64,000 nucleotides of DNA from a virus, in the IMG/VR virus record IMGVR_UViG_3300050343_000270, positions 32,001 through 96,000 of that record. One strand, written 5' to 3'. The notes beneath the pieces were generated by a model. The model made no database searches. It saw only the letters and a list, made by a program, of their open reading frames with translations, and was not told where the DNA came from. Below are positions 37,878 to 48,418 of this stretch, one piece after another (the stretch's first letter is position 1; the number at the start of each line of letters is the position of its first letter). The translations under genes were made by a program, and so were the position numbers.

Positions 37878-40384
37878 GCGAGGTAATAAATGGACTGGAG
37901 TTAAACTTAGGAAACAATGGAGGGGGTCACACGGCAACGGTAAACTCTATAAAGGATACTGTTACACCTAAAGGAACCGCAAGCCTTGGGGCTATGAGCG
38001 GGGCTTTGGGCGAAAGATTTGATTTCTCTAATAGTGACGTACAACAAATAATGAGCCTTTTTATTGCCGTTGAAGAGACTAACTCTCAAGATTCAAATAA
38101 CGTTTTAAAAAAATCAGTCAAATTTAGAGACAAAACTTCATTAATATTAGATTCTCATGTATTTGCGGTTAGAGGTGTATCAGCTTCACCAGAAAGCGAA
38201 TTAGTTTTTGAGGGAAAGATATACAAACATAGTGAACATCCTTTAAGTAGTATCGAGCCAGCACCAGCACTAAATCCAGAGAAGGATGGCGGATTAATTG
38301 TTATTGGCAAAACTTATTCTGTGTATGCTGGAAAACACGACAATGAGCCTTATTCATTGGGTTATCATAATAAGGAGGAGGAGGAAGGTTTGAGTTTCAA
38401 TACAGATGTAGCAAAACAAGATGACGAAAGTGAAAATATATCAAATTATTCTTTATTATATGGTTTCAAACTTTCAGAATTTAAAGAGGCGATGAAACTT
38501 ATGAACTTGACAATCAATGGTCTCCCAGACAACGATTCAACGATTTTCAATACTTCAGGTAGGGCTTCTGCCGTTGTTTCTTCTATTGCATCTAGCTTGG
38601 GATACTATTGGTATATAAACGCTGAAGATGGAAGTATTAACTTCATAGATTCTCTAGAGGCTTCTAAGATACAAGTTCCCAATAAAGTGGATAACCCCGA
38701 AACTGAAAAGATACAAAATGTTTCTTTTACAGAATCAAAAATAAACAAGGTTATAGTTAATTCTTTAATTGGAGATTATGAAGGGGGTGATCGAAAGATA
38801 ATTCAAAATGATAATGCGGGTCGGAAAGATAGAGCTACTAATTTCTATAGAATAGCATTAACGGGATTGATGTCGGAAGACCATGAAGAATTTTTTAAAG
38901 TTTTTTATGCTCTATGGGCTACTAAAAGTTTGAACGGGTTTTCATTTGATGCTGTCTTTTTTTGGTTAATGTTTAAGAGCCAAAATTTTAGAGAATTTCT
39001 ACCTGATTTATTAAAAATTGGTGAAGATGGTGAAGATGGTGAAGAAAATGAAGAAAAAATAAAAAAAATAAAGGCACATAGAGAAAAAGAAGTTATATGG
39101 AAAGATATAAAAGGAGCCGATAAAGCGGATAAAGTGAATAGAGATACTGGTTTTAAAAGAGAAGAAGCGAAATGGTATGATGCAAAATCACAATCTCAAA
39201 GTATAGTTGAAGACGAAGACGGTAATCAAGTTGTGGCTCAAGCCACTTTAAACAAACCACAAGACCTAGGTTTAATACAAGTTATTGAATCTTTCTTTGA
39301 GTCGATGCATAGATCATTGTTTGTATCTGCAACTTATACAGAACAACAAGCCCTAAAGAAGAATTTTGATGGTACTAATTTGCAAATACTAGGTCCATTT
39401 AAGGTGGGAGACAAAATAATGGACGTAGAAGATTTGTCATTCATGAGACCATTATTAGAATTCTTTGGTGAAAAGGACGTAACCATAGATGAGTTATTGA
39501 AAAAAAATAACCTTAAGGAAAAAGATGATGCAGGTGTTGGTGACGTAAACAGACCTGGGTTTACCAAAGAATATATTTTCATTGGTTTAAAGCAAAGACC
39601 AGTTGTTAACATAAAATTCGTGGAACAAGCCGATACTCTTAAATTCAAAAAATGGTTGAACGAAACTAATATAGAAATGTTTTTTGAACCTGCAAAACTA
39701 AGCGATATTTATATTGGCTACCAAAGAATTGCCGATGAAAATATAAGACAATCAATAGAGTTGTCAAAAAAACTTTATGAAAAAGTAGCTCCTGTTACAA
39801 GTGCTTTAGGGGTGCGAGAAAACGATGCTAATGGCAATCCGATAGATGTTCCAGATGATGTAATTAGGATTACTTATAGAAATAAAAGCAAAATGGAAAT
39901 TGATGCAGAAGCGAAAGGTGATGCCGATCCTGATGCCGATCCTTCAGATAACTACGACGCAAAAAACACAGATACTGGAGAAGATGCTTCTGCTGATTTT
40001 GAGTATAAGAGCTATTCCATTATTAATGGAAGTACAGGAGATCCATTAGACACAGCCGATTTAAACACTAAAAACGGAATGCTTGGAGAAATCAAAGCTT
40101 TTGCAAACAATATTAACAATTCTACACCATCAAGCCCTCAAAAAAGCTCTTCTGAGACTATTTACGGGCTAGAAATACCAGAATTTGATGATATAACAAT
40201 AAACTCACTGTCTATAAGCTTGGCTGGGGGGGGTGGCGTGACAACGACAATATCAAGATCAACAAGGGACTTGATACCGATTGACGATCAGGTAATTGTT
40301 AGCGACTTCTATAAAAAAGCTACTAATCTGAAGTCAACATCACCCCGAACAACAGCGGGTCAAAGAAACCTGTTTGGAGTTTAA
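37874..40384 (+). CDS. Putative tail tip / baseplate hub protein
   Basis: 836 aa; SIASSLGYYWYIN...INFID resembles hub proteins; ends the late block. Confidence 0.5.
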   Translation: MSEVINGLELNLGNNGGGHTATVNSIKDTVTPKGTASLGAMSGALGERFDFSNSDVQQIMSLFIAVEETNSQDSNNVLKKSVKFRDKTSLILDSHVFAVRGVSASPESELVFEGKIYKHSEHPLSSIEPAPALNPEKDGGLIVIGKTYSVYAGKHDNEPYSLGYHNKEEEEGLSFNTDVAKQDDESENISNYSLLYGFKLSEFKEAMKLMNLTINGLPDNDSTIFNTSGRASAVVSSIASSLGYYWYINAEDGSINFIDSLEASKIQVPNKVDNPETEKIQNVSFTESKINKVIVNSLIGDYEGGDRKIIQNDNAGRKDRATNFYRIALTGLMSEDHEEFFKVFYALWATKSLNGFSFDAVFFWLMFKSQNFREFLPDLLKIGEDGEDGEENEEKIKKIKAHREKEVIWKDIKGADKADKVNRDTGFKREEAKWYDAKSQSQSIVEDEDGNQVVAQATLNKPQDLGLIQVIESFFESMHRSLFVSATYTEQQALKKNFDGTNLQILGPFKVGDKIMDVEDLSFMRPLLEFFGEKDVTIDELLKKNNLKEKDDAGVGDVNRPGFTKEYIFIGLKQRPVVNIKFVEQADTLKFKKWLNETNIEMFFEPAKLSDIYIGYQRIADENIRQSIELSKKLYEKVAPVTSALGVRENDANGNPIDVPDDVIRITYRNKSKMEIDAEAKGDADPDADPSDNYDAKNTDTGEDASADFEYKSYSIINGSTGDPLDTADLNTKNGMLGEIKAFANNINNSTPSSPQKSSSETIYGLEIPEFDDITINSLSISLAGGGGVTTTISRSTRDLIPIDDQVIVSDFYKKATNLKSTSPRTTAGQRNLFGV

Positions 40385-41187
40385 GACTTTTTTATCAGGT
40401 TGAGAATTTGTCTGGCGTCTTTTGCTGGTATATCAGAGAATGATTTCCAATCTGCCGTATTATTATTTCGATAAGAATTATTCTCCCAAAACTCTCGAAG
40501 TTTTGTAGATTTGAATTCGTCGAAGTCTACTGCAAATTTATCTGCAACCGTTTGGTCAAGCTGTGACTGAGGCGATAGTGATGCATTTGGATCTTCATTA
40601 TCTAGCGTCTCGAATTGAGGAACACCGCTGGAATTGTCAAGTTCGTCAACTCCAACAATATGAATATTTAAGAAATTACGCACACAACGAACAAAGGCGC
40701 GGTTACAAGCAATGGTTTCCAAGAACTTTAAACAAAAGCTATTTGTATTTTCAGATGTAGCATTAGCATATTCTTGATAAACAACATCTTCTTTTTGAGG
40801 AAATTCAGATGAGCCGATGCTTTCAAAGTTATGATTCCAGTGAATGGTGCATTTACATGAAATGTAGTCTTTGCGAACATGAGATACGTCAAACAAAACC
40901 TTAGAAAACCCGCGTATTTTTGCTAGGTATTTAATGCCTCCAAGCATAATGGCAAGTTGATTATCCTGCAAGCCTTCGGGCGATTTAGGAACATCCAAAC
41001 CCTTTCTAGTAAACCACTCAGAGCGAACGTAAAGAAACTCATTGGGGATCATTGATCTCCAATCAATAGAACCATCTACATTATGCTTGTATTCTATATT
41101 TTCCAGCAAACCTAGTTGGTCGCGGGAATATGGGTTTTTTTGTTTTGCTTCTGATTTACTTTTTGGAGCTTTCTTTTTTGCTGGCAT
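40381..41187 (-). CDS. Hypothetical protein, possible ssDNA-annealing protein
   Basis: GGIKYLA...ETIACNRAFVRCVR resembles the Rad52/RecT-like A.TRA..RA.R helix; next to SSB. Confidence 0.4.
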   Translation of the reverse strand: MPAKKKAPKSKSEAKQKNPYSRDQLGLLENIEYKHNVDGSIDWRSMIPNEFLYVRSEWFTRKGLDVPKSPEGLQDNQLAIMLGGIKYLAKIRGFSKVLFDVSHVRKDYISCKCTIHWNHNFESIGSSEFPQKEDVVYQEYANATSENTNSFCLKFLETIACNRAFVRCVRNFLNIHIVGVDELDNSSGVPQFETLDNEDPNASLSPQSQLDQTVADKFAVDFDEFKSTKLREFWENNSYRNNNTADWKSFSDIPAKDARQILNLIKKS

Positions 41188-41241
41188 GTTGCTATGATAT
41201 AATAAATTGATTAAACAGTCAAGAATTAATTTAACAGAAAT

Positions 41242-41272
41242 AAAAAAAGGGGATGCTTATAGCACCCCCTTT
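41242..41272 (-). terminator. Terminator-like hairpin
   Basis: AAAAAAGGGGATGCT-TAT-AGCACCCCCTTT. Confidence 0.6.
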
Positions 41273-41308
41273 TGAGTCGCGACTCGGATTCCTACCCGAA
41301 AATTATTT

Positions 41309-41656
41309 TTAGAATGGAATGTCGTCGTCTACATCATCATTTGATGACTCTGGCTGAGATCCAGCGTTGCTTGATGCTTTTAGGCTATCAATCCTCCAAG
41401 CTGACAGACTGACATAATGATTGCCATTATACTCATTGCCTCGCACATTGAAGAATACCTCAACTGACTGACCGTCATTCAAATCATCAAGCTTGCCGCA
41501 ATTGTCTTTAATAAGTTCAAATTTAACATCTTGAGGATACTTGTCGTCATTTGTAGTGATGACAAATTCGCGCTTAGAGAAGCCGCTGTCAAATGTAACA
41601 GTTTCTCCAATTAGTTTGATTTTACCGTCTAGTTTTAGTTCGTTTTTCATTTGCAA
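41309..41656 (-). CDS. DUF3127-family single-stranded DNA-binding protein
   Basis: KREFVITT.DKYPQDVKFE, FNVRGNEYNG, C-terminal DDDIPF. Confidence 0.85.
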   Translation of the reverse strand: MQMKNELKLDGKIKLIGETVTFDSGFSKREFVITTNDDKYPQDVKFELIKDNCGKLDDLNDGQSVEVFFNVRGNEYNGNHYVSLSAWRIDSLKASSNAGSQPESSNDDVDDDIPF

Positions 41657-42777
41657 ATATTATATAACATAATCCAATCTAAGTCAAGAAAAATATCATC
41701 AATATTTTCAAAAGAGTTCGATTCATAGTGGCTATTGTATTGTTGATTGTTTTTAAATACTTTTTTTCTACTGGCAATACGACTATTTTTGATAACCTCT
41801 TCGCTTATCTTTTCTTTTGACTCGCTTAATTTAGATTCTTCATCATAAGGTATCACTTTGTAATCAAAGAACTTAACTCGCTGTTGTTTTAAATTAATTT
41901 TATTTGTGCAAATGAGGTGCATATCGATACCTCTCTCGCGAATATTATTAACAAAATTCTCGTCAAATTCATCTGCAACGTAGTTAATTAATTTAATTCT
42001 CGAACTATTAAGTAATTCTTTATCAATGGGTTTATTTGTAATTATCGATGCAGGGCTAGCCTCTAGCGATTGAGCGAGGTTGTCTTCATTGTGAAGCATG
42101 TCCATGCGTATAAATAAATTAGGGTGTTTGATTTGATATGGAAAATCTGGAACGATCTCGAATTGCTCTATAGTGTATTTAGGTCCTATGTAAGAAACCG
42201 AAGGGATTTGTGCTTTAAATTCAGGATCAACAAGGTCGCAAAATTCTTTGGATATCTCGTCTGGCTTAAGTCGGTTGATTGTCTTTGGGTTTTCTTCAAA
42301 TGAGAAAGATGGCTTCTCACCATTCGGGCGGTGAGTTTCAATTAGCTTTTGATTTTCGGGGTTACCCCAATATGGTCGCACACAAGCAACGTAAGAGTTT
42401 GCATAAACAGATAACATCTTTTTGTTGTAGTGACCAGCAAGATGGGCGGGAAAAGAATCAACACCTATAAAGTAATCACAGCGCCTGATAACATAAGCCA
42501 TTTGGTTTATGGTTGTTTGACCACGTAAATCAATATCACAATTAATTGTTGGATCTTTTTCTAGCCCTATTTGAACTGTTGTTATTCCGTGTTTTTTAAA
42601 CAGCGGTTGAAGCATCAATTTCACCTCGTTCCAATAATCATAGTCGCGCAAATTATCCTTTGCAGAAGTATGAAACACGACATACTTATCTGATACCACG
42701 GGGTAGAATTGTGCGTTAATTTCAGGGTTTTCAATTTTTAAACCCGTAGATAAACTATATCGTTCTAAGAGGTGCAT
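41647..42777 (-). CDS. GT9 (heptosyltransferase-like) glycosyltransferase
   Basis: DLRGQTTINQMAYVI...FIGVDSFPAHLA. Confidence 0.75.
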   Translation of the reverse strand: MHLLERYSLSTGLKIENPEINAQFYPVVSDKYVVFHTSAKDNLRDYDYWNEVKLMLQPLFKKHGITTVQIGLEKDPTINCDIDLRGQTTINQMAYVIRRCDYFIGVDSFPAHLAGHYNKKMLSVYANSYVACVRPYWGNPENQKLIETHRPNGEKPSFSFEENPKTINRLKPDEISKEFCDLVDPEFKAQIPSVSYIGPKYTIEQFEIVPDFPYQIKHPNLFIRMDMLHNEDNLAQSLEASPASIITNKPIDKELLNSSRIKLINYVADEFDENFVNNIRERGIDMHLICTNKINLKQQRVKFFDYKVIPYDEESKLSESKEKISEEVIKNSRIASRKKVFKNNQQYNSHYESNSFENIDDIFLDLDWIMLYNICK

Positions 42778-44507
42778 TGCTTATTATAATTTTCAGAGTG
42801 AATATCGAACATTATTTTATCGGCATCTCCTTGGTGCAGATAATCCAACATCCGTTGAGTTCCGATGTGAGGCAAGAAACATAAGTGGAAGTATCCTTTG
42901 TGGTTACTCGCGCCTTCCATCATCGGTAAGTTTTCCATGGCAGTATGGAAATTTAAAACTTTGTATATGTATGGATTGCCTTTGAGTATCGGTTGGAACT
43001 GTTCTTGGGTAGCGAAGTAAATGTCTTTGTTGGGATATGTTTTTTTCAGAGAAGGTAATAGTGATGTTGCTATGAATACATCGCCAGCAGATTCTGGCAT
43101 AACAAACAAAATGCGGTCATCAATTTCTCCATCTAACATGTCGGACAATTCTGGTGGGGCAAGGCTATTATCTTGCTCTTGTTCGACTTTAATTTTTTCA
43201 GCTTTGTAAACCTCCCTGAATGTTGTCTTTAACTTCTCTACTGTAACATCAACGGAAAAGCGGTCATCCAGACATTTTCTGCCGTTTTTCAAAAAGTGTT
43301 TTTTCATTTCATCATCCATTCTGAAAACTTTATGTAAATTGGAAGATATACTAGAAGGTCTTGTTGTCGCTTTAATGAAGTTCGTATGAGGTTCACGATA
43401 TTCATCCCAATCTAATGGCATTCCGCCATCTTCTTGAGAACATGAATCAAGACCACAAGAATAAGATGTGGCAAGAGTGATTAAGCCAGCCGATTTAGCT
43501 TCTTGAATGGGAAGCTCTTGACCGCCGCTGGTAAATGGATGGCAATAAACATCCATAATGTTGTAGATTTGGTTGAGTTGGTTCTCATTTACTCCCTTGC
43601 CACTGTTTTTTGTTTTGACGCTTTTCGTTGAACCGCAAACACCGCAATTTTTATCTTCACCAGAATACGGAGCTAGAAAAAACTGACCGCATTTGTGGCA
43701 CAGGTAGGTAGCTAAGACATCTTTAGGGTTGATCTTTTTTTCGACGATGTATTTTTCAATATCCCAACCAGCATCTTTTTCTGCCCAATCGGTGTGTAGT
43801 AAAAGTTTCGTTTTTAATTCGGGGTGACTTTCTTGAAAAAGCCTAAATCCTTCAAGGATGTTTGGGACAGATTTTCTAAGTTGATTTTTGAATACAAAAC
43901 CAATGACGTAGTCTTCACTTAGATTGTGTTTTTCTCTTAGTGCGTTTCGCTCGATAGCAGGAAGGGGATAATAATCTTTGTAATCTATAGCCCCGTGAAT
44001 AGTTTCCACACCTTCGTAGCCATTCTCCTCCATTGCTTTTTGAGCAAACGTAGCCCACACCAACATCTTGTCACATACGCCGTGCATGTGATATGCTTGA
44101 TCAAGTATAGGTAAACTATCTAAAGTTGTCCACAGAATGGTTTTAACATCTTTCCACCATTTCTTTTTTTCAAATTGAGAGAAAGCCCATATATCTTCAA
44201 TACCAAGATAGATATCGGGATTTTCTTCTTCAACAATTTTGTCAATCATGTAGTAGCCATAAGAAGCGGCGCGTTCTTTGGCTGGGTCTCCTTTTATTTT
44301 TTGTAAGACATCTGCCGTGGGGTGAGTTCCATAACTCTTCCAAGGAGTCATAAGGTCATTACCAAACCCAACCCCATTAGCCGCCTCAATAACCTCAAAC
44401 TCATCGCTGTCATGGAGAGCGAGAAGAATGTTTTTCATATTCTTCCCAAACCCCGTGACAAGACGAGAGTAATTTGAATGAACTAATACTTTGATTTTTT
44501 TAGACAT
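42765..44507 (-). CDS. GT4 glycosyltransferase with Zn ribbon and GT9-like C-terminal domain
   Basis: NQLRK, GGQELPIQEAKSAG, CHKC/CGVC, AGDVFIATSLLPSLKKTYP. Confidence 0.8.
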   Translation of the reverse strand: MSKKIKVLVHSNYSRLVTGFGKNMKNILLALHDSDEFEVIEAANGVGFGNDLMTPWKSYGTHPTADVLQKIKGDPAKERAASYGYYMIDKIVEEENPDIYLGIEDIWAFSQFEKKKWWKDVKTILWTTLDSLPILDQAYHMHGVCDKMLVWATFAQKAMEENGYEGVETIHGAIDYKDYYPLPAIERNALREKHNLSEDYVIGFVFKNQLRKSVPNILEGFRLFQESHPELKTKLLLHTDWAEKDAGWDIEKYIVEKKINPKDVLATYLCHKCGQFFLAPYSGEDKNCGVCGSTKSVKTKNSGKGVNENQLNQIYNIMDVYCHPFTSGGQELPIQEAKSAGLITLATSYSCGLDSCSQEDGGMPLDWDEYREPHTNFIKATTRPSSISSNLHKVFRMDDEMKKHFLKNGRKCLDDRFSVDVTVEKLKTTFREVYKAEKIKVEQEQDNSLAPPELSDMLDGEIDDRILFVMPESAGDVFIATSLLPSLKKTYPNKDIYFATQEQFQPILKGNPYIYKVLNFHTAMENLPMMEGASNHKGYFHLCFLPHIGTQRMLDYLHQGDADKIMFDIHSENYNKQCTS

Positions 44508-45076
44508 TAGAAAGGAGGATCGTTGTTATCCTCTTCTGGTGCATTTGTATTTGTTCTCTTAGCGGGTGCTGATGCTTTTTTAGCCCTCTCCCTTACATCT
44601 TGTTCACTAGTATCAATTAGAGAGTCGGCAATAAATTTCTTTAGAAGGACATTGAGGACTTGAGATTCACCAGAACTAATTGGCAACCTGAATACATCAC
44701 TACCGTTCCGCTTAACACTCAAAGACCATGCTGGAGTTTTATAATTTACGTCTCCGTTTTTTTCTTTGACATTGCGATTCTGCTCCCAAGGAACAAATCG
44801 GATGATTGTTGAGTCGTCCTTGAATTTGTGAAAAGCGACAAACGGAATGCGTGATTTGATCGAAGAGACCATTTCGCCAGCTTCCGCCACACTTAATTTG
44901 AAATTAATATCTTTACCTCCACTAAAAGACCCTGTTTTCTTAGCATTATCCCAGCCTTTTTGCTGGATCATTGAGATAAAAAGGTTGCTGACAGAGTCGT
45001 CTCCGATTTTAGCAATATCAACAGTTGCGGCGCAACCAGTGTTTTTAGGGTTTGGTTTATAAATACGATATTTCAT
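44507..45076 (-). CDS. Hypothetical protein, possible PC4/whirly-like ssDNA-binding protein
   Basis: FKLSVAEAG motif; acidic C-terminal DPPF. Confidence 0.4.
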   Translation of the reverse strand: MKYRIYKPNPKNTGCAATVDIAKIGDDSVSNLFISMIQQKGWDNAKKTGSFSGGKDINFKLSVAEAGEMVSSIKSRIPFVAFHKFKDDSTIIRFVPWEQNRNVKEKNGDVNYKTPAWSLSVKRNGSDVFRLPISSGESQVLNVLLKKFIADSLIDTSEQDVRERAKKASAPAKRTNTNAPEEDNNDPPF

Positions 45077-45112
45077 GATTTACGTGTAATTTGTTAAGTA
45101 ACCTATTGTATC

Positions 45113-46063
45113 ATGAACTTCAATAAAATTCAACCTCAACAGTTGCAAATGCCCACTTTTTTTAGTAATAGTGGTGATTTGGCGTTTACAGACCTAACTA
45201 CTGGTTTCAAAGTTGAGTTGAGCCGATTCTTAACTGGCGATTTTGACATTAGCGGCGACTTAACAATTAATTTTAGAAGAATACCTCAAATGTCACCAAG
45301 CATTGTGTTCGATAGAGATAGAGGTATGCTTATTGGTGGAACAAACTCAACTATAAGTGGAGAAGGCAACTTTGTAGTTAATGGAGACGGCAACTTGATT
45401 GGAGGAGAAGATAATACAATATTATTTTCGAAGGACTCTTATTTTCAACCCGCTTCTTCAGGTAACGTTTTGATTGGTGGCAATACTGTCACGTTTCCAA
45501 GTGGTGTCACAGGAAGCATGATGTTGGGAGACAACAATGCAAACAGGGAAATAGAGGCAAGTAATACTCTTTATGTTGAGTTTGACAGCGGTCAAAGATT
45601 TATTAATGGTACAGTTTTTGAGGATAATATTGATGTAAGTGGAAGTTCAATATTTAACGGAACCGCAGATTTTGAAAATAATTTTACTGTTAACGCACCC
45701 GCAGATTTTAACGATGATTTTACTGTTAGTGGAGACACGACAATAATCGGTGATATAAACGGATCAGGTAATTTTGATGTTACTGGATCAACTTTTGATT
45801 TTACTGGATCAGCAATGAGGTATAATGGCGAACAAGTGGCTTTATTAGGATACGTTAATGACGCTATTGATTCAGCTAAAAACTATTTGGAAAACCTAAT
45901 AGACGATCTGGAAGTCCGAGTAGACGATCTGGAAGTCCGAGTAGGAGATTTAGAATCACAAACTGGTTCGTATGTTCAAACGGGTAATTTTGTTATTGGT
46001 TCAGATACTGTTGATATTACTATCGATGGAACAACTATAACAAGTTCAGGAGTGGTTTCTTAA
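45113..46063 (+). CDS. Putative fibre / structural protein (beta-helix plus coiled coil)
   Basis: Gly/Asn repeats, DDLEVRV heptad repeats; opposite strand to neighbours, own GTGTAA motif. Confidence 0.55.
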   Translation: MNFNKIQPQQLQMPTFFSNSGDLAFTDLTTGFKVELSRFLTGDFDISGDLTINFRRIPQMSPSIVFDRDRGMLIGGTNSTISGEGNFVVNGDGNLIGGEDNTILFSKDSYFQPASSGNVLIGGNTVTFPSGVTGSMMLGDNNANREIEASNTLYVEFDSGQRFINGTVFEDNIDVSGSSIFNGTADFENNFTVNAPADFNDDFTVSGDTTIIGDINGSGNFDVTGSTFDFTGSAMRYNGEQVALLGYVNDAIDSAKNYLENLIDDLEVRVDDLEVRVGDLESQTGSYVQTGNFVIGSDTVDITIDGTTITSSGVVS

Positions 46064-46446
46064 TCTAAATCAACGCTAATGCCGTTGCGTTCAATTCTCT
46101 TGGGTTTGTCTGCCAAGTGTTTTTTACCAATATTTTTTTCGTAATTATCAAAGAATTTGCGCTTCACGGGATCTTCTGTGCCTGTTTTTTCTGATCTCTG
46201 TGCTGACATTTCTTCTGCAAGACCCATCATGTCTCCGACCGTGCCTTTCATATTTCCAGTCTTATCGATAAAGTCTCGTTTGTTAAATGGATCTAGGCTT
46301 GCTAGAGATTGAATCGAAGCGTTGGGTTTTGTGAAAATACGCTTCCAGTCTACGCCGTCTTCTTGATATACGTGTTCTTCATTCATTGTTTGAATGATTT
46401 CTTTAACCTCTTCGGTTTCTGGGTTTTGATATAGGTAGATAGGCAT
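46060..46446 (-). CDS. FmdB-like small regulatory protein
   Basis: MPIYLY N-terminus, WKRIFTKP. Confidence 0.55.
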   Translation of the reverse strand: MPIYLYQNPETEEVKEIIQTMNEEHVYQEDGVDWKRIFTKPNASIQSLASLDPFNKRDFIDKTGNMKGTVGDMMGLAEEMSAQRSEKTGTEDPVKRKFFDNYEKNIGKKHLADKPKRIERNGISVDLD

Positions 46447-46447
46447 A

Positions 46448-47536
46448 CTATTGAAAGATTACACTTAAAATTTTATCGATACTCTTCTCGTAGGTGAACT
46501 CGCTTTTCAGTTTTTCGCCTTCTTTGTTCGGTTGTTTCGCCATAACGACAGCCGTTTCAAAAGCTGAAAAGATTTTTTCTTCGGAGATTTTATAATAACT
46601 GCCTTGGTTAAAAAGAAGACCTTCGTGGAAAAATATGTTGTCGTAGCATGGCTGTTTGTGTTCTGGCTCAACAAGAATACAATTATCTTTTTTCGCCCAA
46701 TCTTTGTGAGACGAACAGTTTGAAACTATACTCCACTTGCCGAGAGCCGTCGCATTAAACGCTGGCAGATTCCAACCCTCGCCATTTGAAAGACCTGATA
46801 AATCAATGTCAATTGAGTTGGTGAGTTCGTTAACCTCTGAGTTGGTAGTAAGATGTGGTAGGAAGTTTATATTACTCCAACTTTGATTCATTAAGCTATA
46901 CTGCAACATCTCATCCATAGTCTCTTTTGCAAAGAATGGATTATTAACCAAACAAGTAAGTTGGTATTTTGGATTGTTTCCAAAACGCTTTAACCAAGAC
47001 TGGATGATTAGAGATGTATTTTTGCGCCGTTCAAATTTGCCGACCAAACCAAAATGAGTAACATCGTCCATATACTCCTTATCGGTTTTACAAAAATCAG
47101 GATCGAATCCTAGAGGGACGTGAGATACGTTATCACAACCAGCGGATTTAAAAGCATCATAAGCGTCAGAAGAAGAAAAGAAAACATGCTTCTGGGCTTT
47201 GACGATATTGATCTCAGCTTCGGTTGGGCTATCAAGTTCGTAAAACGTGTATAAGTATTGTTCCTTTCCTATCCAACGTTCACTGCCATTAATGTGCCAA
47301 ACTCGAAGTGTCGGCGTGTTGGCATTCAAGTTGGAGTATCTGGATTGACCTGATTTCTTGATATACTCAACAAGTTCATCAGATTTTTTATCATAGGAGG
47401 CTAGCTCCGCTTTATCCCCAACAGGGAAAAGGTTTACATCTACGCCTTTTTTGTGAAGCTCTCGCATAAAGTTAAAGCTCACATTACCCAAACTAAGGGA
47501 GTTTAGGGGCGCATCAAAATTCAATTGTTTGTTCAT
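46448..47536 (-). CDS. GT4 glycosyltransferase
   Basis: VGKFERRKN, EGWNLPAFNATALGK. Confidence 0.8.
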   Translation of the reverse strand: MNKQLNFDAPLNSLSLGNVSFNFMRELHKKGVDVNLFPVGDKAELASYDKKSDELVEYIKKSGQSRYSNLNANTPTLRVWHINGSERWIGKEQYLYTFYELDSPTEAEINIVKAQKHVFFSSSDAYDAFKSAGCDNVSHVPLGFDPDFCKTDKEYMDDVTHFGLVGKFERRKNTSLIIQSWLKRFGNNPKYQLTCLVNNPFFAKETMDEMLQYSLMNQSWSNINFLPHLTTNSEVNELTNSIDIDLSGLSNGEGWNLPAFNATALGKWSIVSNCSSHKDWAKKDNCILVEPEHKQPCYDNIFFHEGLLFNQGSYYKISEEKIFSAFETAVVMAKQPNKEGEKLKSEFTYEKSIDKILSVIFQ

Positions 47537-48119
47537 TTTTTACTCGGTTTTGGAAAATTTTAAGTGTTTTGTCGTGAATGTTTATACAGCTTTGTGCTGA
47601 AAGATCTAAGGTTTTGGCTATTTTCTTCCATGGCGTAAGCTTGTTATTGTTGGTCTCAAAGTATCGCATTTTGAATATTTGTTGCACACGCTTGTCATGA
47701 TAATTAGTTATCATGTCTTTAATTTTCTCCATGGATTCGTTTTGTAGACAGTCTTCGTCTGGAGTAGGAGAGTTATCGCTCTGACAAAATTCCGTCTCTT
47801 CCAGACTTGTCATTATGCTGTGTTTTTGGAATTTAGTTTTCTCCGATAAACATAAGTATTTAGTCGTGTTAGCCAAGAAGGTAGAAAACTTCGACCTTTC
47901 TGGATCATACTTCTGAGCGGCTTCATATATAACAGAGTCTTTCTGGTCTATAAAGTCATTCAATTGGTTTTGGTTAAAACTTTTACCGCCATATGCTTTT
48001 AGCATATCCATAAAAATACCAGAATGCCTAAAGATTAATTCTTTTAACGCATCTTCATCACAAGCGGTTTCTCTCACTTGTGCGGCTAACTCTTGATCTG
48101 TTGATTTAGTTAAGTCCAT
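47514..48119 (-). CDS. Sigma-70 family sigma factor
   Basis: IYEAAQKYDPERSKFSTFL; HTH TPWKKIAKTLDLS. Confidence 0.8.
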   Translation of the reverse strand: MDLTKSTDQELAAQVRETACDEDALKELIFRHSGIFMDMLKAYGGKSFNQNQLNDFIDQKDSVIYEAAQKYDPERSKFSTFLANTTKYLCLSEKTKFQKHSIMTSLEETEFCQSDNSPTPDEDCLQNESMEKIKDMITNYHDKRVQQIFKMRYFETNNNKLTPWKKIAKTLDLSAQSCINIHDKTLKIFQNRVKNEQTIEF

Positions 48120-48418
48120 ATACGTATACTATTATGTGCAATATAGTAAAAAAGTCAAGATGAAAAAAAAGTGAAGTTTTTGTAGATTTTTTGGACGAGG
48201 TTTTTATAATAAGTATCTAAGCGAGACGCTGAAGTTAAAGTCAGGTTAAAGAATTGTGTTTTAATTATTCACTACGTTCATATATAAAACACTGTAAGAC
48301 ACTATATTTATTTCTTTATAAGAAGAAAACTTCGGTGCAAAAATTATATCTACTATTAGGCGAGATTTACCTTGCTTTTTTCTTCGACACGGGTTACATT
48401 CGTGTAAACATAAACACA

